Shown: in pieces, positions 1 through 9,932 of the stretch
How positions within the stretch are numbered: position 1 is the stretch's first letter
Layout of the letters: the number at the start of each line of letters is the position of its first letter
NCBI GenBank assembly: GCA_964577685.1
Contig: CAZNZT010000002.1
Location: 62,001-108,406, forward strand
DNA: 46,406 nucleotides
Origin: an uncultured Methanosarcinales archaeon
Lineage (GTDB): Archaea > Nanobdellota > Nanobdellia > Woesearchaeales > JACPBV01
Reading direction: 5' to 3'
Translations under genes and position numbers: made by a program
The notes under the pieces: generated by a model
Seen by the model: only the letters and a program-made list of their open reading frames with translations
Database searches by the model: none
What the model was told of the DNA's origin: nothing

Positions 1-301
1 TCCATTGTTTTCCTATAATATCTGTGACATTAAAATCAACCTTAAATTTTTTCTTAATCAATCTTAAGGTGTCTATTGCAATATGGTGTTGGGTATGCCT
101 TGAAGTTAAAAAAAACACAGTTAGCTTTTTCTTTAATGCAAAAGGCAGAGCAACGCTTAATGTTGCAGCAGTTTTCCCTAAGCCGGTTGGAGCATGTATA
201 ATGGCATGCTCTCCATTTTCAAAGGCAGTTATGACTTCTTTAATCATGTCCTCTTGTATTCTTCTTATTTTTGAATGTGGAAATAAAATCTTTTCTTGCA
301 T
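1..301 (-). CDS. XPD/Rad3/DinG-family SF2 helicase, N-terminal part (runs off window; absent from ORF track)
   Basis: Own translation from ATG 301: MQEKILFPHSKIRRIQEDMIKEV...HAPTGLGKTAATL...FLTSRHTQH; Q-motif region, Walker A and motif Ia typical of XPD. Confidence 0.85.
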   Translation of the reverse strand, partial: MQEKILFPHSKIRRIQEDMIKEVITAFENGEHAIIHAPTGLGKTAATLSVALPFALKKKLTVFFLTSRHTQHHIAIDTLRLIKKKFKVDFNVTDIIGKQW

Positions 302-499
302 CTTACTGCCCACTCCATCCGATAAAAGCCTATATGAATTTATAAGTTTTGTTATTCACCATCTAATCTGAAAATTACTACCAACACTAAATAAAACAAA
401 AAAACCAAATTTCGAAACATTTATATACTAAATACTATTTATCAAAAAATACTCTTTTTATTGGATATATTCAACAACAATTAAAGGGGGGTTGTTTGA

Positions 500-769
500 A
501 TGGAAAATAACAAGATTTTCAATGTCTTTTTTAGAGAAAAACCGGCTATGATGTTAATAAACCTAAAGAACGCGAAAGAAAATATCTATGCATCATCTCT
601 TGCGAAACAAATAGATTGCACATATTCTCATGTTGTTAAGATTCTACAAGAAATGGAAAAAGCAGGCCTTATAACATTTCAAAAACAAGGCAGGTTAAAG
701 CTTCTTTCTCTAACAAAGAAAGGTCAGGAAGTAGCTGAACATATTGATAATGTGAGGATTTGCTTATAA
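500..769 (+). CDS. Winged-helix (MarR-like) transcription regulator
   Basis: YASSLAKQIDCTYSHVVKILQEMEKAGLI...LTKKG wHTH pattern; GGGGG SD-like run upstream. Confidence 0.8.
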   Translation: MENNKIFNVFFREKPAMMLINLKNAKENIYASSLAKQIDCTYSHVVKILQEMEKAGLITFQKQGRLKLLSLTKKGQEVAEHIDNVRICL

Positions 770-812
770 GTTCTTTAAATTATTTGTTGCATCTTCTTGC
801 ACTTTCTTACTT

Positions 813-1253
813 TTAGGAACTGTAATCAGTTAAAACCAGGTGACCATGCTTCTCAAAACGGGATTGTAGTTCCCTAATAATGCGAAGAACATCATCTCTT
901 CTTTGATCCGCCTCCTCTGCAGCAGAAACAAGGGTTGAGATGTCTTCTTTTGATACCCAAATAAAGCCCATGCGTTCTATTGTTCTCCCACCAACCCTGG
1001 TTGGTTTTTCTCCAAACTCAATTATTGAGTTTAAATACTTTTTCACACATTTATCTGCTTCTCCTATAGCCCTTTTACTTCCATCATAACGAACGCCTTC
1101 CCCATCATAATGAAAAACACCTTTTTCTGGAACATACAATAAACTTTCTTTTCTTCCCTTCCCATGAACAGCATCATTTAAACTGTCTGATATTCTTACC
1201 TCTATCCAATAAACCATAACATTATTACGATTATAATCTTCATTAACATTCAT
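813..1253 (-). CDS. Hypothetical protein
   Basis: 146-aa ORF filling the intergenic space; no recognised motif. Confidence 0.6.
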   Translation of the reverse strand: MNVNEDYNRNNVMVYWIEVRISDSLNDAVHGKGRKESLLYVPEKGVFHYDGEGVRYDGSKRAIGEADKCVKKYLNSIIEFGEKPTRVGGRTIERMGFIWVSKEDISTLVSAAEEADQRRDDVLRIIRELQSRFEKHGHLVLTDYSS

Positions 1254-1370
1254 TTTGACCTTTGTTTAAAGTTGGTTGTTAGTTTTAAAAACTTTCGTTT
1301 TTGTTCATAATCAAAATAAGATTAGTTGCTTAATTCATGTATCGACTTTAGAAAGATTACAAAAAAAACA

Positions 1371-1378
1371 TTTATAAA
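1371..1378 (+). promoter_or_regulatory. TATA box of carbamoyltransferase operon (probably leaderless)
   Basis: TTTATAAA preceded by an A-rich BRE-like stretch, about 25 nt before ATG 1403. Confidence 0.6.
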
Positions 1379-1402
1379 TAACCTCATTTCATCAATTCTA
1401 AA

Positions 1403-1603
1403 ATGCAATTTGAACAAAACAAAAAAATAGAAAATCTCGGTGAAAAAATAGGGTTTATGTTTTCCTATTTCTTGTTTACCACAATTTTATTTGTAATTTT
1501 ACTTTTACTTAATAAACTACCAAACAGAAATTATTTTTATGTTATGGGGATAACCTTCTTTATTGTGGTTATTGGAGAGATAATCAAGAGGTTATTGAAG
1601 TGA
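1403..1603 (+). CDS. Small 2-TM membrane protein (possibly N-terminal half of a split SxtJ-like protein)
   Basis: Two hydrophobic segments; overlaps next ORF by 4 nt. Confidence 0.6.
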   Translation: MQFEQNKKIENLGEKIGFMFSYFLFTTILFVILLLLNKLPNRNYFYVMGITFFIVVIGEIIKRLLK

Positions 1604-1851
1604 TTAAAGCAAAGCCTTTTATAGCAGGACTAAAAAAAGGAATACATAATTTTAGTCAAACAATTGTAGTAATAGTAAACTCAGCATTGTTGCTCTTGGT
1701 TTATTTTGTTGCTGTTGGATTGACATCTCTTATTTCTAAGCTTATTGGGAAGAATTTTCTTGACATTAACTTATCCAAAAACAGAAAGACCTATTGGTCA
1801 GATTTAGATTTAAAGAAGAAGCCAATAGATGAATACTATAGGCAATTTTGA
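1600..1851 (+). CDS. SxtJ-like membrane protein
   Basis: LLLLVYFVAVG...LIGKNFL...TYW...YYRQF C-terminus typical of SxtJ-family proteins next to carbamoyltransferases. Confidence 0.7.
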   Translation: MIKAKPFIAGLKKGIHNFSQTIVVIVNSALLLLVYFVAVGLTSLISKLIGKNFLDINLSKNRKTYWSDLDLKKKPIDEYYRQF

Positions 1852-1863
1852 GGTTACTATAAA

Positions 1864-3624
1864 ATGTATATCCTTGGAATAAGCTGTTATTACCATGATG
1901 CATCAGCAGCATTGCTAAAAGATGGAGTCTTAGTGGCAGCTGCTCAAGAAGAAAGGTTTACAAGGAAAAAGCATGATACATCTTTTCCAATAAATGCAAT
2001 AAAATATTGCCTACAATCACAGAATATCTCTATTGATTCAATCGATTATATAGGTTTCTACGAGAAACCATTGCTAAAGTTTGAAAGAGTTCTATTTCAA
2101 CATCTTCAAATGTTTCCATTAAGCCTAAAGACATTTCTTAGTTCCATGCCATCTTGGATAAATGAAAAGTTAAGAATAATAAAAACAATAAGAAAAAAAT
2201 TAAAATATAAGAAAGAGGTTTTTTTTGTTGAACATCACTTAGCACATGCAGCAGGCTCTTTTTTTATTAGTCCATTTAAAGAAGCAGCCATCTTAACGGT
2301 TGATGGTGTTGGAGAGTGGACTACTACTACATATGGTACTGGTAAAGATAATATTATTCATCTAATAAAAGAAATAAAGTTTCCAAGTTCTTTGGGCCTC
2401 CTCTATTCTACCATAACAGCCTATCTTGGTTTTAGTGTTAACAATTCTGAGTATAAGGTTATGGGCCTAAGCGCTTATGGAGATATGAACAAGAACACCA
2501 ATGAATATTACAAAAAACTAAGGAAGGTGATTGATATAAAAGATGATGGAAGTTACAGACTGAATATGAAATACTTTATTTTTCATTACGCTGATAGAAT
2601 GCCTTCTGAAAAACTTTGTGAGCTCCTTGGAGGTCCGGTAAGAAAACCTAAAGAAAAACTTGAACAAAGGCATAAAGACATTGCAGCAGCTTTGCAATTG
2701 ATTTATGAAGAAGTACTATTTAAGATGTTGAACTATCTTTATAATGAAACAAAATGTGAAAACCTTGTACTTGGGGGCGGGTGTGGTCTGAATAGCGTTG
2801 CTAATGGAAAGATTCTAAGATACACACCATTTAAGAAGATTTGGTTGCAACCCGATCCAGGAGATGGTGGGACAAGCATTGGTGTTGCTTCATACATATA
2901 TCATGCTATCCTAGGTAATAAGAGAAACTTCAAGTTTGAAAGTCCTTACTTAGGTCCATCTTTTTCTATGGAGTATATAGGGAATTTCCTAAACAAGAAC
3001 AAAATAAAATATTATAAATTCAAAAGCGAAAAAGAACTGATAAAAAAAGTAGCCAGACTTATATATGACAATAATGTTGTAGGATGGTTTCATAAAGGAA
3101 TGGAGTGGGGTCCAAGAGCCCTTGGTGCAAGAAGCATTCTTGCAAATCCTTGTAATCCCAAGGCAAAGGAGTTACTAAACACTAAAGTAAAGCATAGGGA
3201 AAAATTCAGACCATTTGCTCCAGTGGTTTGTAGGGATGATGCAAAAAAGTATTTTGATTGTGATAATCCTATTCCAGAACCAGCAGATTATATGCTGATG
3301 GTTTATCCAATACTAAAAAAGTGGCACAACAAAATTCCCTCTGTTACCCATGTTGATGGAAGTGGTAGGCTCCAGACGATAAAGAGAGATTTAAATCCTT
3401 TGTATTATGATTTGATAAAAGAGTTTGGAACCTTGTCTGGAGTACCAATCCTGATAAATACATCATTTAATATAAGGGGGGAACCAATTGTTTGTACCCC
3501 CTATGACGCCTATAAGTGCATGATGGGTACCGGAATAGATTACCTTGTCTTGGAGAGGTTCCTAATAAAAAGAGAAGATAATCCTCAGGATATGTGGGAT
3601 AGTGAAAAATATGCGAAAGACTAA
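1864..3624 (+). CDS. O-carbamoyltransferase, CmcH/NodU/TobZ (SxtI-like) family
   Basis: HDASAAL, QEERFTRKKH, EHHLAHA, DGVGE, EYKVMGL, GPRALGARSIL, FRPFAP, HVDGSGRLQT, NTSFN motifs. Confidence 0.95.
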   Translation: MYILGISCYYHDASAALLKDGVLVAAAQEERFTRKKHDTSFPINAIKYCLQSQNISIDSIDYIGFYEKPLLKFERVLFQHLQMFPLSLKTFLSSMPSWINEKLRIIKTIRKKLKYKKEVFFVEHHLAHAAGSFFISPFKEAAILTVDGVGEWTTTTYGTGKDNIIHLIKEIKFPSSLGLLYSTITAYLGFSVNNSEYKVMGLSAYGDMNKNTNEYYKKLRKVIDIKDDGSYRLNMKYFIFHYADRMPSEKLCELLGGPVRKPKEKLEQRHKDIAAALQLIYEEVLFKMLNYLYNETKCENLVLGGGCGLNSVANGKILRYTPFKKIWLQPDPGDGGTSIGVASYIYHAILGNKRNFKFESPYLGPSFSMEYIGNFLNKNKIKYYKFKSEKELIKKVARLIYDNNVVGWFHKGMEWGPRALGARSILANPCNPKAKELLNTKVKHREKFRPFAPVVCRDDAKKYFDCDNPIPEPADYMLMVYPILKKWHNKIPSVTHVDGSGRLQTIKRDLNPLYYDLIKEFGTLSGVPILINTSFNIRGEPIVCTPYDAYKCMMGTGIDYLVLERFLIKREDNPQDMWDSEKYAKD

Positions 3625-4729
3625 AAAAAGAGAACTCCTTTTGAATTTTAGTTTGCTTATAGCATCTATACTCATTTTTCTCTTTATATTTGAGGTTATC
3701 TTATATCTAGTTGGCTATGACAACCAATATGGTGCACCTAGGGGTCTTTTTGTACCTGACGATTATCTAGATTATCATATGAATCCGGGTTTTCATGGCA
3801 TTGTTAAGCAGATAGATTGTAAGTATCATGTGGATATAAATAAGGATGGCTTCAGAGACTATGAACATAATCTAAGCAAAAGCAATTATAGAATAATGGC
3901 TTTAGGGGACTCACAAACCTACGGCAATGGAGTTGAATTTAATGAAACCTTTCTATATTTGCTTGAAAATAAATTACAGAAAAGGTTAAAGAATATAGAA
4001 ATCTTTAAGATGGGTGTCCCTGGTTATGGTACTGATAATGAATGGTTTCTTTTTAGGAAATATTACCCTAAGTATAAGCCTGATGTTCTACTCCTAGTTT
4101 TTCATCCTAATGATGTTCTAGATAATATTCAATGGGGTGAGAAATACATCAATAAAAAAAAAGAGACTGCTTTAATGAGGTTTTTTCTAGTCCATTCTTA
4201 TTTAAGAAAAAAGCTAAAGTTCTATGATTTTATTTATATGAGATTTAGAAATCTGCCATTAATAAAGAAGTTGAAGATTGACGTAAGGTTTGCGTACGAT
4301 TATAGATATCTCTTTTTGAATGTAGATACTAAGGCTACCAAAGAAGGATTTGAAAATTCTTTTAAATATTTAAACAAGTTCATAAATGCTTCTTATAATG
4401 ATGAGTTTGAGTTAGTTGTTGTCATTGTAACATGCTCACATCAATTTTGGGATTCAAGTAAAAAATCACTTGAAGAGTATGCCAATCGACTTAACACAAC
4501 CATTAATATAACTAAAGTTAGTGACCTTTTATCAGATTACTTTGCTGCTAGGAATATAACTGTAATAGACATATTTGATGAGTTTAGTAAGTACCCTACT
4601 CCAGGAGGTTTGTTCCTTCCTTTAGATGGGCATTGGAACAGCAAGGGACATAAACTTGCTGCTGATGTCATTTACAAAAAATTAATAAATAAAAGCATCT
4701 TACAAACAGAAGAATATGTCAAAGAATAA
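3602..4729 (+). CDS. Membrane-anchored SGNH/GDSL hydrolase-fold protein
   Basis: N-terminal TM; LGDSQTYG, GVPGYGT, PND, DGHWNSKGH motifs. Confidence 0.85.
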   Translation: MKNMRKTKKRELLLNFSLLIASILIFLFIFEVILYLVGYDNQYGAPRGLFVPDDYLDYHMNPGFHGIVKQIDCKYHVDINKDGFRDYEHNLSKSNYRIMALGDSQTYGNGVEFNETFLYLLENKLQKRLKNIEIFKMGVPGYGTDNEWFLFRKYYPKYKPDVLLLVFHPNDVLDNIQWGEKYINKKKETALMRFFLVHSYLRKKLKFYDFIYMRFRNLPLIKKLKIDVRFAYDYRYLFLNVDTKATKEGFENSFKYLNKFINASYNDEFELVVVIVTCSHQFWDSSKKSLEEYANRLNTTINITKVSDLLSDYFAARNITVIDIFDEFSKYPTPGGLFLPLDGHWNSKGHKLAADVIYKKLINKSILQTEEYVKE

Positions 4730-4877
4730 GGCATTGCTGATAGAACTTTGGGACTTTTTGAAGGTAAGAAAAGCATGGTGGCTTGTGCCAATAATAGTTA
4801 TGCTTATTCTAGTAGGGATCCTAATCATATTTGGGCAGAGTAGTGCTTTATCACCATTTATCTATGCCTTGTTCTAG
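4716..4877 (+). CDS. DUF5989/SxtK-like small membrane protein (53 aa, below ORF-track cutoff)
   Basis: Own translation MSKNKALLIELWDFLKVRKAWWLVPIIVMLILVGILIIFGQSSALSPFIYALF matches the ELW.FL..RK.WWL.P...PFIY.LF family pattern. Confidence 0.85.
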   Translation: MSKNKALLIELWDFLKVRKAWWLVPIIVMLILVGILIIFGQSSALSPFIYALF

Positions 4878-4917
4878 TCTCTATTAATCCTTTTATTTTT
4901 TTGTTAAAATTTTTATA

Positions 4918-6336
4918 TTAACTAATAACTTCCTCTAAGCTATACTTGCCCAGAATATTCTTTGCTTCTTTAATAAACATGTCTACTTTCTCTTCTCTTA
5001 TCACAGCCCCAGCCGCATTTTTATGTCCTCCAGCCTCGCCACCAACCTTTTCTGTTATCTTCCTTATGAGCATATTTAAATCAACATCATTCTTTTTCCC
5101 ACTCATCCTTAGGCTAACCTTATAATATCCATTTAGCATATCAGCCATTGAGAGAATAAATGTTCCTTTCTCAACATAATTTGATTTTGATATTATTGAA
5201 GCTAGTGTCCCTATAATACTTGCTATAATATTGTCCTTTGCATTTATTATTACGAATCCATTTCCCTTTATGATATCCTCGCTTTCTTGGTTTTTCTCAT
5301 ACCATTTTATAGCATTTATGATGTGCCTTCTGTAACCATTCAAACTTCTTATTGCTCTCTCTTTTGTTTTCCTATTGCCTAAACAAGCACCAATACCTAG
5401 GCTGGCCTTGTCCATTCTACCACAAGCATTTAACAATGTTGCAAACTCTCTTGCGTCTCTAAATGGACTTTCCTTCTCTTCCTCATTAAGGATATAAACA
5501 TTGCCAAGAACATCTTCTGGTTTTTCTTCATTCAACCTTCTCATAATTATACCTGTAACAAGTTTCCTAATCTCATCATCCCTAAGATGTACAAGTTTTC
5601 TCCAGTCTTTTCCCCTCTTTGGATTTATTCCTATCTGATGTAAAAACTGGATAGCCCCACTCTCGCTTCCACTAACACCTGGGATGTATGGGTCAGTACA
5701 ATACTCAAGTACCTTATGTAAAGCCCTAGTTTGTGCCCCAAAAATCCTTAGTCCCTTTATCACCTTTATTTTTTTCTTCTTGATTGCTATGTCTAATATT
5801 TCTTTGTTTAACTTTAGGAATCCATCCCGCCCCTCCTGTAAATCACCTATAGCACCTATTATAGCTATATGGGCTAAGTTATTAACCTCTTTGTTTAAGG
5901 ACCTAAAGAATAAATAAACAATTCCAGCACCTGATACCTCTTTGCTCCCATCTATCCCAAATATATGTGGGTTAATATGGACTATGTTGCTACTTAGCCT
6001 TACCCTTTCAGGCTTGTGGTGGTCTAGGATAAATACCTGTTTTCCAATAAACCTCTTTTTTATCTCACTCAGCTTTCCAGAACCCAGATCAGCAAAGACA
6101 AAACAATTGTATGGCTCCTTTGACAGGCTATCAATTAGTTCATTTGTTAGTTGCTGTACTATGCTAATAGAGTATTTTCTGTTATCGGTATTTAGTGCTT
6201 TTACCATAATAGAACAAGCACTTATTCCATCAGCATCCAAATGGCATATCAGCCTTATTGTTTCTCTCTTATCAATTTCCTTGAATTTTTCTAAGCAAAC
6301 ACTAATATATTCCTTAAATTGTTCATACCTGTCCAT
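4918..6336 (-). CDS. DHH-family phosphoesterase, archaeal RecJ-like
   Basis: HLDADG, DLG, LDHH, GDLQ, NACGR and DHHA1 GGHKNAAG motifs. Confidence 0.9.
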   Translation of the reverse strand: MDRYEQFKEYISVCLEKFKEIDKRETIRLICHLDADGISACSIMVKALNTDNRKYSISIVQQLTNELIDSLSKEPYNCFVFADLGSGKLSEIKKRFIGKQVFILDHHKPERVRLSSNIVHINPHIFGIDGSKEVSGAGIVYLFFRSLNKEVNNLAHIAIIGAIGDLQEGRDGFLKLNKEILDIAIKKKKIKVIKGLRIFGAQTRALHKVLEYCTDPYIPGVSGSESGAIQFLHQIGINPKRGKDWRKLVHLRDDEIRKLVTGIIMRRLNEEKPEDVLGNVYILNEEEKESPFRDAREFATLLNACGRMDKASLGIGACLGNRKTKERAIRSLNGYRRHIINAIKWYEKNQESEDIIKGNGFVIINAKDNIIASIIGTLASIISKSNYVEKGTFILSMADMLNGYYKVSLRMSGKKNDVDLNMLIRKITEKVGGEAGGHKNAAGAVIREEKVDMFIKEAKNILGKYSLEEVIS

Positions 6337-6438
6337 TTTAAGACCTTAGTTTAATCTGAACCTTTTTTAGACCAAGCAAAGAAATTGTGAAAGAGCTGAT
6401 TTAAATAATTTTTGTAACTACTTTCCTTAAACTATTTT

Positions 6439-7119
6439 CTATTTCCCAAACCTTCTCTCCCTTCTTTGAAATTCGTTAATACATGCTATAAAGTCATCCT
6501 TTGTAAACTCTGGCCATAACTTGTCAACCCAAATGATTTCCCCATATGCCATCTGCCAAAGTAAAAAATTACTAAGTCTCTTTTCACCACCAGGCCTTAT
6601 CAGTAGGTCAACATCACTAGGCAGATATAAGTTATTCCTTATAGTTTCTTCATCAATTTTCTTAATACCTTTTGCTATAATTCTTTTGAAGCTATCCACA
6701 ATCTCCGCCCTACCACCATAAGCCATAGCAAGATTTAGCTTATAGTTCTTATAGTCCTTTGTTATTTGTATTATCTCTCTCATCTCATTTTGCATCTCCT
6801 TGGGAAACATCTCTATCCTACCAATTACTGTTACCTTAACCTTATTGTCATGAATTAGTTTTTCTTTTTTGAAGTCCCTGACCTTTCTTTTGAATAACTC
6901 AAACAAATATTCCACTTCCTCCTTTTCTCTCTTGAAGTTCTCAGTAGAAAAGCAGTATAGTGTGACCTCTCTAATCTTAAGCTCAATACACCATCTTAAT
7001 AACTCTTTAATCTTCCCCATTCCTTTTTCATGGCCCGAAAACTTTGGAATTCCTAACTTCTTGGCATATCTTCTGTTTCCATCAAGGATTATAGCCACAT
7101 GCTTTGGTATATTTTTCAT
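6439..7119 (-). CDS. uppS: cis-prenyltransferase (undecaprenyl/polyprenyl diphosphate synthase)
   Basis: PKHVAIILDGNRR, FSTENF, YGGR, DLLIRPGGEKRLSNFLLWQ, RRFG. Confidence 0.95.
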   Translation of the reverse strand: MKNIPKHVAIILDGNRRYAKKLGIPKFSGHEKGMGKIKELLRWCIELKIREVTLYCFSTENFKREKEEVEYLFELFKRKVRDFKKEKLIHDNKVKVTVIGRIEMFPKEMQNEMREIIQITKDYKNYKLNLAMAYGGRAEIVDSFKRIIAKGIKKIDEETIRNNLYLPSDVDLLIRPGGEKRLSNFLLWQMAYGEIIWVDKLWPEFTKDDFIACINEFQRRERRFGK

Positions 7120-7169
7120 AACAAGAAGAAATAGCTGTTTATTTATATATCTATCTAGATTCTAAAACA

Positions 7170-7715
7170 CTACTCCTCAAAAAGCAATCCAAAAAGTCCT
7201 ACAAAAACATCATCCTGAACCTTTAGTCCAGCCTCAACTAACGCATTAGCTAGTTTAATACCAACCTCTCTCTCATTGCCTCTGCTCCTGAAATTTACAA
7301 GCCTGTTAAAAGTTTCTTTACATAGGAAACCTTCGTTCATGGCAATTACAGATTTGCCCTTTCCACTGCCTTTTATAGAAAATTTATCTTTATCCAAGCG
7401 AACTATTATGCCATCCTTAGAATATGTATTGTCTTCTTCTTCATTAAAACCATGGTTTAATAATTCAAGCCTTACAAGCTCTATGATTGCCTTGCTAAAA
7501 CCAATCTTCTTTAAATACCCGTTTATGTCTTTTATTCTAAGATAGTTTGTAAAGTCTATATTTCTAGTTCTATTGAAATAATAAACTCTTCCTAGATATC
7601 CCCTAACCTTCTGTCTCGCACCTTTCTTACCCCCTTTTACCCTCTTCCTCCATCTGTTTTCAACAACATATGCATAGCTTTTTCCCTTTATTTTTTTTAC
7701 CCTAATGAAAGCCAT
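7170..7715 (-). CDS. Hypothetical protein with basic N-terminal putative DNA-binding beta domain
   Basis: MAFIRVKKIKGKSYAYVVENRW...RQKVRGYLGR. Confidence 0.65.
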   Translation of the reverse strand: MAFIRVKKIKGKSYAYVVENRWRKRVKGGKKGARQKVRGYLGRVYYFNRTRNIDFTNYLRIKDINGYLKKIGFSKAIIELVRLELLNHGFNEEEDNTYSKDGIIVRLDKDKFSIKGSGKGKSVIAMNEGFLCKETFNRLVNFRSRGNEREVGIKLANALVEAGLKVQDDVFVGLFGLLFEE

Positions 7716-7807
7716 AAAAGAAGTTAGGCACTATGAAATTTATAAAAGTTTGCATAAAATTTTGGCTTTATAGAAGCTATAGAGTTAATATTTTAATATA
7801 CTAATAT

Positions 7808-8401
7808 CTACATTAGTCGCCTAACTTCCCCCCCAGGACTAACTTCACTAAAAACAATACTTTGAAATCTATAAACCCTGCACTCATCAAAATCCCTCCA
7901 TGCATCTATCGGCAAACCAGCCTTGTTGCATGTCTGCTCTAAGAATGTCTTACTATCCCAATTATACTCAACAGCTACTTGAGGTAGCAACAGACCACTA
8001 TGGAATGTTCCCCTTACAATCAAGCCGTCCCTTCCAACCTTGATTTCTTTCATATAATCCTCAGGATTTCTTACTACTATCCTTTGAGGCTTAGTCAGAA
8101 CGCTTACATCTATTGTTATAAGCCCAAACTCATCCATTGAAATTGGTGGAAATCTTGGATCAGAAAAAGCAGCACTCCTGGCAGCCTTAATAACCCCTTC
8201 ATATAATGGATAAACTGGCTCTGGAAATCCAATACAACCTCTAAGCATCCCATCCCTATTCAATGTAACAAATACACCCCTGTACATAGAGAACTTTTGC
8301 TTAGTTTCTTTGTCAACCTTTATATCCTTTTTAGAAAAAACACAAGAAATAGACTCCCTAGCAAGTCTTATTAGCTTCTTACCACCATCAAGGCTTATCA
8401 T
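7808..8401 (-). CDS. AMMECR1/AmmeMemoRadiSam protein A family (TIGR00296)
   Basis: GVFVTL..LRGCIG, DPRFPP, GLLLPQVAVE motifs. Confidence 0.93.
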   Translation of the reverse strand: MISLDGGKKLIRLARESISCVFSKKDIKVDKETKQKFSMYRGVFVTLNRDGMLRGCIGFPEPVYPLYEGVIKAARSAAFSDPRFPPISMDEFGLITIDVSVLTKPQRIVVRNPEDYMKEIKVGRDGLIVRGTFHSGLLLPQVAVEYNWDSKTFLEQTCNKAGLPIDAWRDFDECRVYRFQSIVFSEVSPGGEVRRLM

Positions 8402-8670
8402 CTTATTTCTTTTTTAACGCCTTCCTTGAATTTCTCATTCAACTTTTTTAATCTTTTGATAGCATCCCTTATAACCTTTCTTGGGTCTGCTCCCTTAGTT
8501 TCAACGATTATTTTTGGTTTTCCAACCAATGGATGTTTAACAAAATAAGTAGCAACCTTGACATTTGGGTTTTTTATCAATTCATTTTTTATGGCATTTA
8601 TGAATCCCACATTTTCCCCTATTTCAAAGACAAGTTTCTTTTTGCTTTCTTCTATAATATTTATCTCCAT
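8398..8670 (-). CDS. rpoL: DNA-directed RNA polymerase subunit L (Rpo11)
   Basis: Size and VKVATYFVKHPL signature. Confidence 0.85.
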   Translation of the reverse strand: MEINIIEESKKKLVFEIGENVGFINAIKNELIKNPNVKVATYFVKHPLVGKPKIIVETKGADPRKVIRDAIKRLKKLNEKFKEGVKKEIR

Positions 8671-8811
8671 CTTAAAAGCCCTTATCTAAAACAAATACTT
8701 GAAGTTATTGTCAATAAAGGAAATATAGCATATTTAAAAATCTTTTGAAAATTACCTTGTTCCATATATTCTTAATCCAAATCCTCAAGGAAATTCTCGT
8801 CTATAATTTCT

Positions 8812-8840
8812 CATTCCCACTTTATTCCCATTTGGGAATA
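8812..8840. repeat. Three copies of the YATTCCCA motif (two direct at 11-bp pitch, one inverted)
   Basis: CATTCCCACTT TATTCCCA TT TGGGAATA. Confidence 0.7.
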
Positions 8841-9494
8841 TCACTTAACAAATCTAAAACAACTTACATTAACATACTTGATTCTCTTTTTATGAAAACC
8901 CATTGTAGGCTTCAAAGGAAACATAAAGTCAAGTACGCCAGCAACACTAAAACCATTTCTATTAGCAAATCCTATAATAAATTCCTTAGTCTCACTTTTA
9001 TGGAAACTATAAACAACATTGCTTATTTCAAATGCCTTTTTTAAAAAGACCGTATCTGTATGTCTCACTTTAGTTCCAAATGGTGGGTTCATAATTACCG
9101 TATCTACTTTGCTACTAAAATCTGCAACATCACAACAAATAAACTCTACTCTAGCTGAACTCTCACTTTTTATCTTTCTAAGGTTTTCTTTTACTATTTC
9201 TAGTAGTTTTTTATCTTTTTCCACAAAAAACACTTTCTTTGCTTTTAGTATGAGTGCCCCTATGCCTAGGATTCCACTTCCACATCCCAAATCAGCTATC
9301 ACTTTCCCTTTTATGTCTCCCTTCATATAAGCACTCCATAGCATCGTAGCAGCTATCTCACTATTTGTAATGTACTGTTCAGCACTCACTTTTGGTTTGG
9401 AAACCCACTTTATGGCGGATAAAGCTATTGCAATCCCAGACTTAGATAGCCTTTTTACCCTAATTTCCTGTTTATCATTTACCCTATTATCCAT
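8841..9494 (-). CDS. METTL5-like (COG2263) SAM-dependent RNA methyltransferase
   Basis: EQYIT, ADLGCGSGILGIGA, NPPFG motifs. Confidence 0.9.
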   Translation of the reverse strand: MDNRVNDKQEIRVKRLSKSGIAIALSAIKWVSKPKVSAEQYITNSEIAATMLWSAYMKGDIKGKVIADLGCGSGILGIGALILKAKKVFFVEKDKKLLEIVKENLRKIKSESSARVEFICCDVADFSSKVDTVIMNPPFGTKVRHTDTVFLKKAFEISNVVYSFHKSETKEFIIGFANRNGFSVAGVLDFMFPLKPTMGFHKKRIKYVNVSCFRFVK

Positions 9495-9932
9495 CTTCTT
9501 AGCCTCTTAACAAAAAACCGCAATAGTATGGTATTAATCACAAACTACTTGACAAATGCCCTTAACAAAAGCCCTCTGTGACCCACAATATAACTCTCAC
9601 TTTTTATATTAAAATCAATAATAATGTGGTTTTTATACACACATTTTATACACTCTTTCTGGCCTTCTTTTGTTAACACCAACTATCATAGCCTTATCTT
9701 CCCTTTGTTCTCATCCATCCTTAATTTTATCTATCCTAAACCTTAAACCTTAAAGGCCATAAGGCCATATTCTTCAACCCAGCCCACTTTAAACCTCACT
9801 TTCTTTATTTCTCTCTTCCTTTTCTCCGCATCCTCCCTTCCATTTCCTCCTTTACACTTTTATTTAAATCTTTTGAAAACCCACCAAAAAAAGACAAAAA
9901 ACAGATTCAACTCCTTTTTATCTCTTTTATCT

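Noticed and set aside
24..371. 115-aa + strand ORF
   Set aside because: Antisense shadow of the XPD-like helicase on the - strand.
1403..4877. Saxitoxin biosynthesis
   Set aside because: Only sxtI/J/K-like genes, which are widespread; none of the core sxt enzymes are present.
9495..9930. ncRNA or hidden gene in the pyrimidine-rich intergenic stretch
   Set aside because: No long ORF, no convincing stems and no recognisable RNA-family motif.
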